A stretch of DNA of 64,000 nucleotides, from assembly GCA_029717555.1 (NCBI GenBank), contig JAMDHS010000053.1, positions 62,001 to 126,000 of the forward strand. Reading direction: 5' to 3'. The stretch's first letter is position 1; the number at the start of each line of letters is the position of its first letter. The position numbers and the translations under genes were made by a program. Source of the stretch: Peribolospora baueri. Taxonomy: Eukaryota. Of this stretch, positions 10,560 to 22,932 are shown one piece after another. A model generated the notes under the pieces. The model saw nothing but the letters and a program-made list of their open reading frames with translations. It was not told where the DNA came from and searched no databases.

Positions 10560-13500
10560 ATGGGCCTCCGCTCCTGGCTGCCCACGCCGGACTGCGTCTC
10601 CTCCGCCTCCGCCGGGTCGTGCGTCGAAGCGCGGTACCGTCAGGCCGACGACCCGCTCCTCTACTTCGTCCCCTACCTCGCCGCCCACGATCTCTCCTGG
10701 CCCTCCCTCCGCTACGCCTTCGTCCTCTGGTTCATCCTCGCCGCCGTCCTCCTCATCGTCGGCGCTTTCCATCACGCTGGTGTCGGCGAGAGGACTTGGA
10801 TCGGAGCGGTGTGGAACAAGTACGCGCTTAAGAGGCCCGTATGGAGGTTCGGTAGGGCGCTGCCCAAAGCGGCCCCCGGCGGTGGACTGACATCGCGCTC
10901 GACTACGATCCGGAGGCCGTCAGCAGCGGAGAAGCGGGTCAATGGGACGTTGGTCGTCGACGAGCACGGCCGGAAGCACCAACGCGCGCGCGCTGACCGT
11001 CAAGGATCCGACGCCCCGCTCCTTGACGCTCCTTCCTCGCACTCCTATCCCCCTCCTCCTCCAGCCAGCTTGGGCGGTCCATCTCGACCTCCATCGGGAG
11101 CTCTCGCCGCGGCGTCCAAGCGCGCGCGCACGCTCACCCTCCCCTCGCTCGCTACGACGCTCATGGTCTCCCTTTTCTTCGCCGTGCCCATCGCCCTCTG
11201 CTTCGTCGGCGCGGATTACATCAGCCCCAACGTTAGCATATGGGACGTCACCTCCAGCTTTCCCACATCCAATATCACCGCCCTCCAGGCCCAGGCGTCT
11301 GCCCATCCATCCTCGACACCCTACAGCACACTTCCGCCGCCCACCAAGTATGGCCCTTCTGCGCAGGACGGCACGGGTGCGCGGAAGCGAGCGGCTGCGC
11401 CGACAAAAGTCAGGATCACCACCGACGTCCTCCAGTACACGCTCCCCTACAAAGACTGGTGGACCGTGGGCGACCGAACCGGCCTGATCGCCTTCTCCAC
11501 CGTCCCTCTCGTCGTCCTCCTAGCGCTCAAGCAAGTCCCCTTTGCTCTCCTCGCCCTGCCCCTCTTTGCCGGAGGCTACCATTTCGATCGCCTCTCCTTC
11601 CTTCACAAGTGGGGAGGCCGACTCGTCTTCCTCCTCACCGCCGCACACGTCTGCACTTGGACCGTACAGCTTGTCATTGATAGGAAGGACGGAAAGCCTT
11701 GGGAGGGTAACCTCTGGAGCACGGCTCTCCTTCTTGGCAGGTTTCGGTGGGGCCTCGTGGTGAGTTTTGTTTATGGCTTTGTCTTTTTTACTCTCCGTCG
11801 ATGGCCATGCCTGGCGGTAGTTTGGTAGGCGATGGACGCTTCTCTCATCGCTTTCTCCCTCGCCCGTCGACGACGAGGAGCTTACTTATCGTCTTTGCTT
11901 TCTTTTGTTCTTCTCACTGCCCCACAGTCGGCAGGATTCCTTTTCCTCCTCACAGTAACGTCCATAGGCCCGATCCGAAGACGATACTACGAAGTGTTCT
12001 ACATCTCTCACGTCATCTTCGTCCTCGGTTTCCTCGTCACCGCCTGGCTACATCACCCCCCTTTCGCCTATTGGATCTACGTCTCCCTCTTCTGGTGGAT
12101 CATCGAGCGTGTCGCCCGCGCATTCAAGGTCGCCTGGGTCAATGGCTGGGGCAAGGTCGGAGAGAAGCCCCTGCCCCTCCTTGCGGAGGGTGTCAAGTCC
12201 CCCGGCGTGTACGCGCCTTCACCGTATGATAGAGCGCCCTCCGTCCCTCCTTCTCCTACATTTCCCCTTCCCAGAGGCGTCCCAGCCTCGGGGCCTTCCG
12301 GAGCACGCGTTGCAGGTGATCCGGCCAGGCCGCCTTTTGGTCAGGCGGAGCAGGACGTGCGCGCGCACATGCCTCGTCGAGCGACACGCTTGAGGAAGAG
12401 CTACGTCGCCCCGCCTCGCTCGCCGGGCGGAGCGGAGGATGAGGAGGACGTGGCGCCGGCGTACCGAAGCGTGGAGAAGGGCCAGGAAGAAGAGGAAGGA
12501 AAGATAGACGCGATCCGCATATCTGGCTACGGAGTCTTCTCGCCCGACCTCGACTCCGATGACAAGGGCGTTTTCGGCGACGACAGCCCCGGTCACAAGA
12601 AGGACGCCGGCGTCGCCCGACCTGACGCGTCGCCTTATGGCCCCTCCCTTGATCCTTCCTCTCACGGACACTCTGCAGAGATGTTACCCAACGACTCTCG
12701 CTCATTCCTCGCTAGTCACGGGCATGGCCAGGACGATGGCAGCTCGGCCTCCAAGCCTCATATCGATCGGCACCCGCTTGAAGGGGCTTCTTCGTATCAT
12801 CGGCGCCCTCGAAAGTCACTGAACTTTCTTGCCAACAAGGAAGAGGGAGATATCTCCCTCAACGGCGGCATTCGCGACGAGTACGCCGATGACGACATGC
12901 TCTCGCCTCGCTCGGCCACCTTTGGCGACGCCCACGGTTCTGCCACCGGTCTCAGCTCTTACTCCGCTTCGCCCATGCTTCCCTACCCTCAAAACGAGCC
13001 TGGCTCCCCGCGCTTTTTCCGCGAGCCCCGTTCTCCTCGCCACCTCCATCACCACCGTCCCGCGCCCACTCTCTCCGCAGACGCCGCAGCGCTGATCCGA
13101 CCGGGTTACGCCTTCGTTCAGCTCCTCCCCGGCCGAACGATCCGCATGACGTTACGCACGCCGAGGCAGATTGTGTGGAAGCCCGGACAGTACGTCAACC
13201 TCAACGTGCCCGCCGTGCGGTGGTGGGAGAGTCACCCTTTCACCATCGCTTCCGCTCACGACGCCGGCTTCCCGGGCGAGGTGGCGGGAGATGATGAGGA
13301 GGAGAGCGGGTACGGAGATGAAGAGGGCAGCGAGAAGAGCGGGAGGAAGAAGTGGCGCAAGCGTCGGAGGCGGGCGGAGGGAGAGGAGAGGACGATCGTG
13401 CTTCTCTTCCGAGCTAGACAGGGATTCACCCTCCACTTGTGGGACTATGTCCGCAGACAGCGTCTCATCCAGCTCCGCTCGGCTGCCGCAGACGCCAACG

Positions 13501-15643
13501 CCAGCGGCATGATGGATTCTGCCTCGATGCGCTCCGGCCGGGAGGGGCCTCTCCTAGGCGGGCCAGGTCGGGGTGATGGTGGCGGTGGCGGAGGAGGGGG
13601 GCTGCGCATCTCCAAGGGCGTGACGGGCGTGCACTTGCGCGCCTTCGTGGACGGACCGTATGGCTCCTCCTCCCGCGTCGCGTGGGGCGCCCACTCCACT
13701 GTGCTGATCGTCTGCGGAGGCAGCGGCATCAGCTGGGGCATGAGCATCTTGGAGCATCTATGCGCCTGCATCGCGGGCAAGGAGGCTTGGGGACGTGGCG
13801 GCAAGGGTGGCAGACAGTTCTTTACGAGGAGGATAAGGTTCATTTGGATCATCAGGGAGTTTGGTCAGTATCCGCCTCGTCCGTCCCGTCTATACACTTT
13901 GCACACTATCCGTTTGTGTGAGATTGACCGACCGACGGCCATGGTCGTTTCTTCTCCTCCAGCCCACCTCCAATGGGTCGCCTCAGCTCTCCGCCGGTGC
14001 ACCGAGATGGTCACGCCCTCGCAGCTCCAGATCGAGCTCTTCGTCACGCACATGCACAACAACCAGTTGCCCGTCGCCTCTCATCCGCGACAGCCGGTAC
14101 CAGGCTACGACGACGGCCTCGCGCCGCCATCGCCCGGATTCGCTCCGTGGGCTCGGCGTGGGACGCGTTCCCCGTCCGAGGGAGGCATGGACGCGGTAGC
14201 TGATCCAATGCAAGGCTCCTACGGCAACACCCTTCCTCCTGTCCCTACGCCCGGCGCCCGACACTCTGCTCGCTTCCCCGGCGCTCCGCTTCTTGGTCGT
14301 CCTCCCCGTCGTTCCGGTCAGTACCATGACGACGACGCCGGCGGTGACATTGGCGAACTTGGCGTCGTCGCCGCCTTTGGTCGCCCCGTCGACCCAGTAT
14401 CCTTTGTCGAAGACGACGACATGGTCGCCGACCTGACACACTTTGACGGTGAGGACGAGAGTGCGCCCACTGCGGGCGAGATGCAACTGTCGAACAGGGT
14501 GCGGAAAGAGGGCAAGCTCCGTCGCGCGCATACGAGGAGGTTGACCGCCGAGGCGCGGGGGGGAGGACGGTCAGATGGCAAGCAGGCGCCTTATCGAGCA
14601 CAACAAGATCAGCGGCTGGGACTCGCTGGCAACAAAGACATGTCTTCGCAGGCCCCCGGGCAGCCGCTGCCGTCGATGGAAGCGTTTGTCTCAGAGGTCG
14701 ACCTTCCGCACCTTCGAGAAGAGCCGGGCCCGACGACGTCCTTCCGGGACGCGGCGGACGCGCCTCGGATGCCTCAGCAAGACCTCGTCGGGCCTGATGC
14801 AAGTCGAAAAGGAGCCGGCTTTTCTGGTTCGGTGACCTGGCGAGGTGCCGCCCCTACGGATCCGTTTGGCCCTCCTCCGCCGTCGTCGTCGTCGTCGTCG
14901 TCCGGTCCGAACTGGCTCAGCGCCCCGCAAGACCGAGCGCAAGGCGGACCTTCGTCGTCGTTGCAGAACGTTTCGAAGGAGCCTCCTAGGTACCCATCCC
15001 CGTTGCCTTTGGATGATGCGGTTCGGCCCATGCCTCCTGCATCCTACGCCTACGGCGGGGCGTACGGGAGAGGCGCGCCCTCGCCAGTGCCCGGCTTCTA
15101 CCCACACATCGAGGTCCGACCGGACACGCCAGAAAGCGCACGGAGCGCGAAATGGCCGGCGGACGCGGTGTCTCTACGCGGCGGTCGGGCGTTTGCCGAC
15201 ATTGCCAGCCCGATGATGCCGATCAGCCCAATGGTGCCGATCAGCCCCATGGTTCCTGGCTTCGGCTTCGATGACGAGGACGTGAACGCCGTCCCAGATG
15301 ACGTGCCTTTTGATCTGGACGAGCAGGAGGAGAAGGACGTGAGGTTTGTTTCCGAGTGGGCCAGACCTGGACGGCCGAGGCTGGATCGGGTGTTGAGGGA
15401 GGAGGTGGAGAGGAGTCAGGGTAGGGTCATGGTCACTTGTGAGTCCGTCGGCGCGCACTCTCCTCTTCTCATCCGTCTAGAATATGGCTGATAGCTTTTC
15501 TTGTTCTCCGGTCAGCCTGCGGCCCACATTCCTTGAACACATACCTCCGCTCCATCGTCGCCAACCAGATCGACCCCAGCCGGATCCTGCGCGGTGACCT
15601 GCGCGGTCACATCAACCTTGTCACCGAGGAGTATACTTGGTAA
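10560..15643 (+). CDS. Ferric/cupric reductase-like transmembrane protein (FRE/NOX superfamily) with long low-complexity insertions, about 4 exons
   Basis: Heme His pairs (LHKWGG...AAHV; YISHV...WLHH), FAD motif ESHPFTIAS, NADPH motifs VDGPYG and VCGGSGIS, a C-terminal CGP and EEYTW stop. ATG in ccaccATGg context at 10560. Confidence 0.88.
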
Positions 15644-15741
15644 CGGTAGACGCGTCTTTTTGCTCCTTCCCTTGTCCTCTCTTTTCGCATCCCCGTCGTC
15701 ATCTCCCTTTTCCGTCCCGCCTGTGTAGACATGAACAGGTC

Positions 15742-15764
15742 TTTTTTTTTTTTTTTTTTTTTTT
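15742..15764 (+). repeat. T23 homopolymer in the ferric reductase 3' region
   Basis: Read directly. Confidence 0.9.
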
Positions 15765-16230
15765 CATTTTTTCATCCCTTCTTGCACACTTCTTGGACTC
15801 TTTTCTCACTCGATCTCTTCACACCTCTCTAAGGACGTTATCTATCGTATCCGCGTTGCATCGAACTTCCCGCGCAGCCTTGCTGTTTCACTTCTGAAAC
15901 GGTCTTATCTCCCTCTTTCGGCCGCCTTTGTGCGCGATTCTCTCTTAAAACGATGGCGTCGCAATGCTCCCTCTCCGACGACCTGACTACATTCATTCAC
16001 ACGGACCTTGTGGGCCGTGGGCTTCCCATATGTACACGGTAGCGTCGCACCTCCTCGTCGGCCAGATCGAGCACTGAACTGTAGAAGGACGGAGAGAAAA
16101 AAGAGACAGGCCTACATGGATCTTTCGACCTGTCGTCCCGTTCCATCAATTCCGTCCCATCCACATCGACGGCACGGCACGGCACGGCACGGCAAACAAA
16201 CAAAAAGCAGACGGTCAGACGGTGAGACGT

Positions 16231-17589
16231 TTAGGCGGCGACGGCAGACGGTCTAGATGGCTTGGAGGCCCCGGGAGAGAGCGGCATGCCGGGCTCGGGC
16301 TGTCCCCTGACGATGGAAACGCCAGCCAGGCCGCCGTCTCGTTCCATGATCGCTTCTAGCTTGCGCATCGACTGCGACAAGGGAGGGGGGAGGGGGAGAG
16401 GGGTCGGACGGACGGACGGACGGACGCGGCGGTATACGTGCTTGTGAGATCTATAGGAAAGGAGGGGGAGGCACGTCGAACTTGGGCGCGACGCGGGGGA
16501 GTACTCACCTCGGCATCCTGTACGGACATGACCAGCTCGTCCGCTCGTATGGGCCAGACGCTCGCTTCGAAAATACCGTCCTGCGTGCGTAAAGATACGA
16601 TTTCCGGCGCCACTGACTTGTCGGGCGGCCGGGGCCGTGCGACATGTTCGGAGGCCGCCGCGTTGGCGGCGAACTGGGGCGCGACGCCTTCGGGGAGGTC
16701 GACGGCTTCGCGGTCGAGGACAAGCCGATCAAAGTCGCGCTCCTTGGCGCGCTCGGACATTTCTTCCGCAGAAGGCGCTCGCTCCACCGCCTCACGCACG
16801 ACCGTCACTTCCGGCGCTTCGCCCAAGTCGACGAGCGTCAGCTCCGCCTCCAGCACGGCTGCCTGGTGCCGGCGAAGCTCTAGATCGGCCTCGATTTGCT
16901 CCCTCCGCGCCTTTGCCTCCCGAGCGAGGCTGACGCTCTCGGTGAGCTGGGTGAGGGCAGACTCGACAGGAGGGGCGTCGACGGACTTATCGACGTGGTC
17001 CAGGAGCTCGGCGAGTGTCATGCGGGAATGAGAGTGAGACGGTCCATGGGCGGCGTCGGCGTCGAGAGCGGAGACGAGCGCTTGTTTGGCGTCCTGGAGG
17101 GCCAGGCTGGGGTCCGGCGATGGTGAAGAGAAGACATGGATGAGGACAGAAGGAAATGGAATGCGCAACGAGGGCGTGGGCGTCTTACGAAGACTCACAT
17201 CTCGGGCAACACAGACCGAGTCCGAGGCGGGGCCGAGGGCGCCGTGCCGACAAAGTCGATAGGCCTGAGGGGCCATTCCTACCACGATCGAGTGAAAAGA
17301 AGGACGACACCGTCATGTCAGCGAAGCCGCGTCGAGCATGATCCAATCCCTTCGAAACATGAAAAAGGAACTTCACCGTGCCAGGGTCGAGGAAGTGTAT
17401 CGTCTTGAGCCTCGGCAAAGGTTCCGCGCGGGCCCCCATCGTCGGCGCCGCAGCTGCGGCCCGATTCTCTTGCAGCTGAGGCCTCAAGGTGAAGGCTGTG
17501 GAAACGAAATACCTGCTGAACGTCGCTCCAGCTCGATAGCGGAGAAGCGAACGACTGAGAAGGGTGGAAGGCAGACGAGAAGAAAGCAT
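16231..17589 (-). CDS. Hypothetical protein with a mitochondrial-type presequence and a coiled-coil segment
   Basis: Start MLSSRLPSTLLSRSLLRYRAGATFSRYF, a coding-like middle exon (AREAKARREQIEADLELRRHQAAVLEAEL), canonical splice sites and a last exon SMRKLEAIMERDGG...AVAA stop. No family recognised. Confidence 0.6.
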
Positions 17590-18197
17590 CGTTTGTGCGT
17601 TCGACAGAAATCGTAGACGACGGCGACGGGCGATGGGCGAACGGCGACGGTCGATCCCCCCTTTAAGGAAGAGCCCCGCCCATTCCTGGCCTTTTGAGTC
17701 AGACACTGCCTTTCCCCAGATCGATGATCCTCGCGCGCGGCCCGCGACCGCACGCCAGGAAAGAGAAGGTGGCCCGAGCGTTCCTGCAAAGTCATCATCA
17801 CGTCAACGGTGCCGCAGTCGGAGCCCCGCACCGAGCCTTTCTTCGTTCGACCTTGTGCGTGTGCGGGCCGCGCTGGAAAAGAATTGGGGGTCGAACAAAT
17901 GAATTTCTAGTTCAGTCTGCTTCGTGGGTGAGTGGACAGAAAGACCGCAAGCTGTGGTGCTAAGCATCGCACCGTACGAACGAATCGTCAGCGATGAGCC
18001 ACTGCGACGGAAGCTTCCGCCGGCGATCTCGCCACGTTGCAACCTCAGACGGAAATGAAGACGTCGAACGGGCGTTGGTACGCTGGCACTCGAAGCACGT
18101 GCGATCCCATAAAGCTCTGCGTACAGGCTCGGCACAATAGGCAGATAGAAGACATACTACTAGGAAGACAGAAGATGAGAGGGAAGCCGCCGTCCGG

Positions 18198-19298
18198 TTA
18201 GAAAGGCAGCAAGCTGGCGCCGCCGCGGGCGATCATCCGCGAGCCGAACGCCAACGTTGTCGTACCGCCCGGGAAATCTGCGCCAGACCATGATAAAAGC
18301 GCGCGGTCAGCGACGAAGATGCGAAGCTCGCCGAGGAAAGGCCAACCAATCCCGCCGTCGCTGAAATGGGGAGAGAGAGCTCACATGCGACGATATAGCT
18401 CAAGAGCGCGGCCACCTGCACGATCGCGCAGATGAGGGTGGGAAGGTACCATCTTGGTCCGACGGCGAAGTAGATAGTGAGGGCGAGCGAGCCAAAGTAG
18501 GCTATGCTGAAAGGGAGTCGGGCGGGGGAGAGGATGTGGCGGAGGTGGGTGATCGGGCCCGAGAGGACGGAGAAGCTGTGACGGACGGAGAGGGAGAGTG
18601 TCGAGCGATGGGACGTCACAGCGATCGCAATGAGAAGAGTGCAAAATGGAATAAGGACACAGGTCACGCGGAGCATTCCCCGCTGCGAGTCCGTAGACGA
18701 CTCACCCGACCATGACCAAAAAGCTCCCTAAACTGAAGGCGAGGGCGAACTTGTGTGGGCGGATGGGCACCATGGGGAGGGTAAGGAAGGAGATCAGAAA
18801 CAACACTGCTGCGCCCGCGAGACAGGCTAGGAAGCCAAGGAAGCTGTGCAGACAATGGAGGACAACAAAGAGACAAGATCGTCAGCGGAACGGCCAAGGG
18901 CCAAGCGCCTCCTCGTGCTTTTTGGCTTACCCCGTCGAGCACTCACCGTTCCCATCTCGACAGGGCAAAATAGGCCTCCTCCTCGTTTGTCCTCTCTGAG
19001 CTCCTCAGCGGTACGTAACCGCTAATGCCGTTGGTCAAGCGGGAGAACAGGTTTGTGTTCTCGCCTGATGATTGGGTCTGCTGCGAGTCGTCCGTGCGAC
19101 CTTGGGCCCAGCGAAAGCCTACAAAAGGGCCGGTGCATGGCGCAATAGAACCAGATGAAAAGAATCAGGGACGAGTCAGGGACGAGTCAGGGACGAAAGG
19201 ATGGAGGGAAGCGTCTGCGAAGGCATGAAGCCAAGACCAGCGCACGCACCGGCCAGCTGCGCCCTGAAGCTGGACTCGGCGTTGGCATTATTAGCCAT
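18198..19298 (-). CDS. SFT2: Golgi vesicle transport protein Sft2 (Got1/Sft2 family), about 5 exons
   Basis: FALSRWER, RPHKFALAFSLGSFL, FSVLSGPITHLRHILSPARLPFSIAYFGSL and YFPGG.TTL motifs across the spliced exons. Confidence 0.9.
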
Positions 19299-19689
19299 GC
19301 CAGACAAAAGCCTCTCGATCGTTGGGTCGATATATGGGAGGCGTGCCCGAGGCGAGAGTGAGGAGGCGCGAGGTAGCTGGGGCCAAGGGTGGCGAAGAAG
19401 GAGGGAAGATGTGGTCGTCGTCGACGTCACGGCCGCCGTTCGCCAGTCCGCCGGCTCTACCACGCTTGCCGCAGCAGATACGCACCGAGCGGAGGTGAAC
19501 GAGCGCGGCTCTGGACAGAACGCCCGGGCGAAGAACAGGAAGAAGGGAACGTCTATTATAGCGGCGGCAGCGAGCAAGTCTGCCATTGTCCCTTTCCTTC
19601 TCTCTTGTCTGCCACTCGGCAGCTACCCCCACCACTCAGCACGAAGCCCCTCGTCCGTCCCGGTGCCCGATTGATCGTCGCCGCGGGTC

Positions 19690-21894
19690 ATGATACGCTT
19701 CGCTTCTTCCGTACACATCTCCTGCTCTGCCCTCCGCACGAACAACGGGATACAGCCACTTCCAATTGCCCGGCGTCTTCTTCTTCCCCCGTCGCCGTCC
19801 ACAACCGCTATGCGACCCACTGCGACTAGCTCCGCCTCGGTGGTCACGGACGCCCGCGCTCCTCTTCGCGCAGATTCGTCATGCACACATGGCTCGCTGA
19901 TTCGATTCGCCGACGAAAAGGAGGACGTCGACCTCGATTTCAACATCCAGCGCGACCCCGCAGGGAGCCGGCGAAGCTTTTCTGGCCCGGCGGTGGCGAC
20001 ACCGTTTCCATCAGTGCAGGAGAAGTTCAGCATCCCCTCAAAGAAGGGCGTGTGAGTAGTTGCTGGTGCCGTGCGCCGTCTGCTTCGTGGGTCGCCCGAT
20101 CGTCCTGGTGGCCGCGCTAGTGCTAACTGGAGATCTTGAACCGACGATCAGCCTGCCTCCTTCTTTCGTGCAACTTGCTCCACGTCGTGCCTACACCACA
20201 TTCTCTGCCGATGCACCCAAGCGCGAAGAGGCGGTAGAAGCAGCCTCGCGCGTTTACTACACCTTCCGGCATCCGGCCCGGCGGATTCCCCTTCCGGTGG
20301 AGGGCAAGACCACCGTAACTGCGCCTCGCGCGCCTGTTCTGGCTTACACGGCCAATGTGGATGAGGCGGAAGAACTGCTGCAATGTTTGAAGGGGTGAGC
20401 CGACTGCCACGTCCATTCTTCTGCCGAGTCCAAAGCTCCTGACCAGCCCCAATACCCTTGTTCACCTTTGAACCAACCCCGTCAACAATGTCGCCCTCGT
20501 TGATGTGCAAATAGCCCTCTCGGTTTTGACATGGAATGGCGGGCATCGAACCGAAGAGGAGTGGAGAATAAGACGAGCGTGGTGCAAGTGTGTGACGAGA
20601 ACTTGATCATTCTCCTTCACGTCGTTTACATGCCCTGTGAGCTGCCGGTCCCGCATTTGGTTCTGAATGGCTTGATTTTGATCGGCCTCATTCATTCGTC
20701 CTTTTTCTATTCTTTTCTAACATCCGACCCTCTTCAATGTCATCAATCCAGACTGGCCACCCACGCTTCTCTCTCTACTAAAGTCTCCCACGCGAGAAAA
20801 AGTAGGCGCCAACATTCGCGGCGACGGCCTCAAGTTAATACGCGACTTCCGGCTCCACTCGCGAGGACTCGTCGAGCTCTCCAACCTTGGTCGAGCGCTC
20901 GCACCATTGGCATATCAGCAGGGAGAAGTGGGAGACGAGGCGACGCCAACCGTGCTGGGCGACGGGAGCAAGAGGCTAATCAGCCTCCAGACGTTGGTCA
21001 AATTCTTCTTGGGGTGCGATCTGAAGAAGGACTCGGGCAAGGTCTCAGTGAGGATGGGCAATTGGAATAGGATGCCTCTCTCTCCTGACCAGCAGGAGTG
21101 TGAGTAGGAAGCAAGCCCGTGAATCTCCGAAGATATCGGCCCCGTTTCTTTCTGATGTCTTGACAAACTCTATTATTTCACTCGACCCACCAGACGCGGC
21201 TTCGGACGTATACGTTTCCCTGGAACTGTACCTCCACCTAAAGGCTCTAGTCACACAGCGGGCCAGCATACCCGCGACCAGCGCCCTAATCGAATCGTTC
21301 GAGGCGCTCACAACCAAATGCACTTTCGACTTGCAAGTGGAGAAGGAGGAGGCGGAGGCGGCGGCGATCGCGAAGGAGAAGCGCTTGGCTGAGCAGAAGG
21401 CAGCTAGGGAGGCCCGAGTGGGAGCGGGATCAATAGATCAAGGAGACGACGTGTTCGAGCCCGGATCCGGATCCGACTTGAACGGAGAAGCTGTTCGACT
21501 GGGACTGGCGAGGGGCGCAGATGCGGGCCATGCGAAACTGCTCTCCCCACAGCGAGCGCTGAATATGTTCCTGTCGGGCAAAACGCTTCGCGAGGTGGCG
21601 GCGACGATGCGATACCGGGACCCTCTGCGCTTGACCACCGTCGTGAGGTACGTCCTCGACACGGTCGATGCAGAGCTCTCCAGCGAGGACGGAGGAGTCG
21701 ATGTCGTCGCGGCATCGTGGGGAAAGAAGGACGCAGAGCGGTTCGTGCGCGAGGTCGAGCAGGAGGCGGAAGTCATCTTCTTGATCAAGAGAAAAAAGTT
21801 TCGCGCCATCATGGATCAGATGAGGATTATCGCCGACTTGCCACCGGCATCTACAATGGCGGCGACTTCGGGAGAAGGGCGACCGTGGGTTTGA
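19690..21894 (+). CDS. WRN/EXD2-type DEDDy 3'-5' exonuclease with a C-terminal helical/HTH-like region
   Basis: ExoI GFDMEW, VVQVCDENLIILLH, ExoII KVGANIRGDG, LISLQTLV, RMGNW..PLS..QQ and ExoIII YAASDV. The 3' end may instead splice to a short last exon with TAA at 21990-21992. Confidence 0.82.
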
Positions 21895-22932
21895 CATCGG
21901 TAATCCCCCTTTGGGATGGGACGACCGACGTCCTCGATTCGGGCAGTGAGAGCTGACACTCTTCTAGTCTGGCCGCTCCATCCAGGAAATAAATTGCAAA
22001 CCTAGTCAGCTCTTCAGGGCCAGTACAGGACGATCGAGGACGGTGCTGAGCAACATTCTTGAGGAGGTCGATGACGGCTTGTCTGGTTGCCGGAAGCGTG
22101 ATCGAAGAAGTAGGACGAGGAGCGCCTGTCCCGGGAGGCGCAGGAGGAGAGTGAGCTTGTGAGGGAGGCGGCAGAGAGCCAACTGGCCCATCCTGGAGAG
22201 GAGGAAGAAGACGACCAGCTAGCGCCGCCGCCATCGTTAATGGTGCGAGGACCCCACAGAAAGGGCAGAACGAAGCCGATGACCAGTCTGTTGCGCGGTC
22301 GAACTGGGCCGCCGCCAACTCTAGTGAAGCGCAGCGAGGATCGCCGAAGGATACCGAGACGGGAGAAGTCCAAGTACGCGCCCTCAGGTTCCGTTCGGCA
22401 CATCCACTGTGACAAGGCGTTGAAGAGGGACGAATGCGGAGCGGCTGTTAGAGGAGCTGGACGAGGAGAAGTGGGATTTGGACGGCGCTCAGTGGTCATC
22501 AACGCAGTTCCCAATGATACATGACCAATCCTATTGGTGGCGACGAGGGCTCTTCCCGAGCCGTTTACTCCACAAGAGCGGAACTCTATAATCATTCATA
22601 CGCTATACCAGGTCGAGCTGTTGAACGTAGATTTAGCAAACACCGCAACATCGTTCCTCAGTTTCAAAGGATCGAGGATCGTGTCTGTCTGCACAACACG
22701 CGTGTGGTGGGTCTGGCTAACAGCTGCATGACATCGGTCGGCGACGGCGCTCGGCTCGTTTTTCGTCATAAGACAAGAAAGGGGATAGAGCACAGCGAAA
22801 GCTTCCCCTCAGAAGTGGGGATGGTATCATGCTACGTTGCGGGTCGACCGACAGGAAAGACAAGAACGAGTTGGGGGGGACACAAGCGGTGTAGAAGAAG
22901 ACGGATTGAACAGATAATATGAAGACGAAGGG

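Noticed and set aside
19165..19196. Near-triple 11-nt repeat CAGGGACGAGT in an SFT2 intron
   Set aside because: Simple tandem duplication without spacers; not CRISPR-like.
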